IMG/VR virus record: IMGVR_UViG_3300025122_000007 | Span: 1 to 37,619 of that record | Origin: a virus | Lineage: Duplodnaviria; Heunggongvirae; Uroviricota; Caudoviricetes | Length of the DNA: 37,619 nt | Direction: 5' to 3' (one strand) | Shown: one piece after another, positions 36,160 to 37,619 of the stretch | How the letters are laid out: each line of letters starts with the position of its first letter | Numbering within the stretch: position 1 is the first letter of the stretch | Made by a program: the position numbers and the translations under genes | Notes under the pieces: generated by a model | The model's database searches: none | What the model was told of the DNA's origin: nothing | What the model saw: only the letters and a program-made list of their open reading frames with translations

Positions 36160-36616
36160 TATGGTGAGCTAAGCTTGGGCACTGCCCAACCATAGCTCAC
36201 TTTATTTAGATATTTTATCTAAATAATAACTAAAGTGGACTGTTGTTTAAATTAAGAGTGAGCTGACTCAGCTGTGCTGACAAAACGCGAACGGGATTTA
36301 AACATATGTCTACTTTAGTGACACTAGTCTCCTTCTTTTGGAAGTACGACTATTGGGACCCAGGCCTGGACACCGCCAAGTCTAGGGCCATCTTCGAGCG
36401 CGCCGGAGCGCTCTTCGTCCGGCATGCGCAGCTGGCCAAAACTCCAGATCTATATCTGGCGCCGTCGGGCTGCTCGTTTCCCGGATCCGCCACCTGGTGG
36501 CGGACTTCACGTCCGGGAAGATCTTCGAAGAGCGAGACCCGACTTTGTCCTGAATGAGAGGCAGGTGACTGTGTCACCGACCGCTGAACATTCTGGATCT
36601 TAGTCGGGTCTCTACC

Positions 36617-36645
36617 TCTACCTCCTGTTTACACAGTACGGTAGA
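36617..36645 (-). repeat. Copy 1 of motif stem-GUA-CUGU-GNRA-ACAG-GA-stem
   Basis: UCUACC GUA CUGU GUAA ACAG GA GGUAGA. Confidence 0.75.
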
Positions 36646-36646
36646 T

Positions 36647-36688
36647 AAAAGAAAGGCCCCGCCCCCTGTGTGCACCGGGGACGAGGCC
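36647..36688 (-). terminator. Rho-independent terminator after the TROVE gene
   Basis: 12-bp stem GGCCUCGUCCCC/GGGGGCGGGGCC followed by UUUCUUUU. Confidence 0.8.
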
Positions 36689-36719
36689 TGACACCATGGC
36701 TATTAAGCCTAGGTTTTCT

Positions 36720-37619
36720 TTAGAAGTTCTTTCGAATGTATTCGATAGTAGGGGTCACCTTCTTATCTCCTACGCTCTCCAGTCCTTCAAACTGTGCGAA
36801 AGTATTGAAGATCTTCTCAGACCATCCAGATACCAGATTCACATTCTTGTCTTCGGACGGAACCTGAGATCCACTTCCGTAAGGCATGAGGTCGACTGAA
36901 TGAATCTTGACCTCTCTATTATATTTTCTACGATAGCTGTCTATTGCACTGTATAGGGCTGGCGCATCTGCTCCATATCCCATACTTCCATAGCACTGCA
37001 TGTCGGAAAGGATGACAATCCTATCGACCCTTAGCTTAGAAGCACTAAGCAACTCGACTGCCTTATGAGCATAGGTTGCATGACCACACTTCCTTGCTGC
37101 AGTCTGAATCTTACCCATCGTAGCAATGACAGAGTCATTCTTGTTCAGGACTGCCATCGCTGCTGACTGTCCGAATGGAATGACTACTCCATTCTCAGAT
37201 GCCTTGAAACAGATAGCTCCCATCAACTGAGAGACCTGCGCTGCATTGAGTGAAGACCTCTGAGAGACCGTCGCTCCATACATGGACCCAGAGACATCGA
37301 CCAGCACTGCAGTGTTACCTGACAGTTCTACGATGTTCTCTACGGACATATCCAAAGCACGTTCAACGGCTGCTTGTAGATTCTGTACTGAGAAATGATT
37401 GACAGCCGTTGCTCGAGGAGCAGCGTAATCATATCCACTATAGAAATTACTTGCTGCTGAGAACTTCTTTGTCTCTGCCCCTGCCTCTTCCAATGCGATT
37501 CCTGCTGTGAAGAATCTAAATGGAAGCTGACGAGACCTTGCGACCTGCTCAGGGTCGGTAAGCTTTGCAACTACAGTAGCTATCGTAGTTTGAGAGACAT
37601 TGGCCTGAACCAAGTTCCT
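36720..37619 (-). CDS. Ro60/Rsr-like TROVE-vWA ribonucleoprotein (5' part outside the window)
   Basis: QLPFRFFTA (end of TROVE), vWA MIDAS DVSGS, GHAT, and RIVILSDMQ. Confidence 0.88.
   Translation of the reverse strand, partial: RNLVQANVSQTTIATVVAKLTDPEQVARSRQLPFRFFTAGIALEEAGAETKKFSAASNFYSGYDYAAPRATAVNHFSVQNLQAAVERALDMSVENIVELSGNTAVLVDVSGSMYGATVSQRSSLNAAQVSQLMGAICFKASENGVVIPFGQSAAMAVLNKNDSVIATMGKIQTAARKCGHATYAHKAVELLSASKLRVDRIVILSDMQCYGSMGYGADAPALYSAIDSYRRKYNREVKIHSVDLMPYGSGSQVPSEDKNVNLVSGWSEKIFNTFAQFEGLESVGDKKVTPTIEYIRKNF

Larger units (their letters stand above)
35940..36645 (-). ncRNA. Candidate large structured RNA or cluster of structured RNAs downstream of Ro60
   Basis: No credible CDS. 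Hairpins at 36043-36129, 36164-36200, 36229-36319, 36409-36534 and 36534-36612, plus a duplicated GNRA motif. Confidence 0.6.

Noticed and set aside
36306-36557. Plus-strand 83-aa ORF or captured high-GC host gene fragment
   Set aside because: The coding-like frame is not continuous, and the GC excess is explained by extensive self-pairing. It cannot be fully excluded without a BLAST search.
36135-36645. LexA/SOS-box reading of CTGT...ACAG
   Set aside because: The spacer is 4 nt rather than 8, and both spacers are GNRA loops, so an RNA hairpin is the better explanation.
130-36899. Numerous plus-strand ORFs and nested minus-strand ORFs in the track
   Set aside because: They are shadows of well-supported minus-strand genes or lie in structured non-coding DNA, and show no recognisable motifs.
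1-37619. Alternative genetic code
   Set aside because: Long conserved genes (dnaE, nrdJ, recA) are full-length under the standard code.

Overview
About 37.6 kb from a large dsDNA bacteriophage. All credible genes lie on the minus strand, densely packed and often overlapping at stop/start codons. The left part is a replication, recombination and nucleotide-metabolism block: fused DnaG primase-DnaB-like helicase, metallophosphoesterase, DnaE, DHH phosphoesterase, dUTPase, HNH, PhoH, RecA, dNMP kinase, class II RNR and GMP reductase/IMPDH. An amidase endolysin and a Pol-beta-type nucleotidyltransferase follow. The right part is an accessory region. It encodes HIRAN, Whirly-like and SpoVG-like nucleic-acid-binding proteins, a complete tmRNA with a 30-aa tag, and a retron-type reverse transcriptase coupled to an HNH nuclease behind a ~225-nt tRNA-like structured RNA. 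It also carries a complete PRTRC-type ubiquitin-like cassette (Ubl, E2, JAB, E1), a CCA-adding enzyme, ClpP and Ro60/TROVE. Downstream of TROVE is a ~700-nt non-coding block of long hairpins with a duplicated GNRA motif and a recurring triloop. No CRISPR array, canonical tRNA or rRNA was seen. Family calls come from motif recognition by eye and RNA structures from manual pairing; no database searches or folding programs were run.
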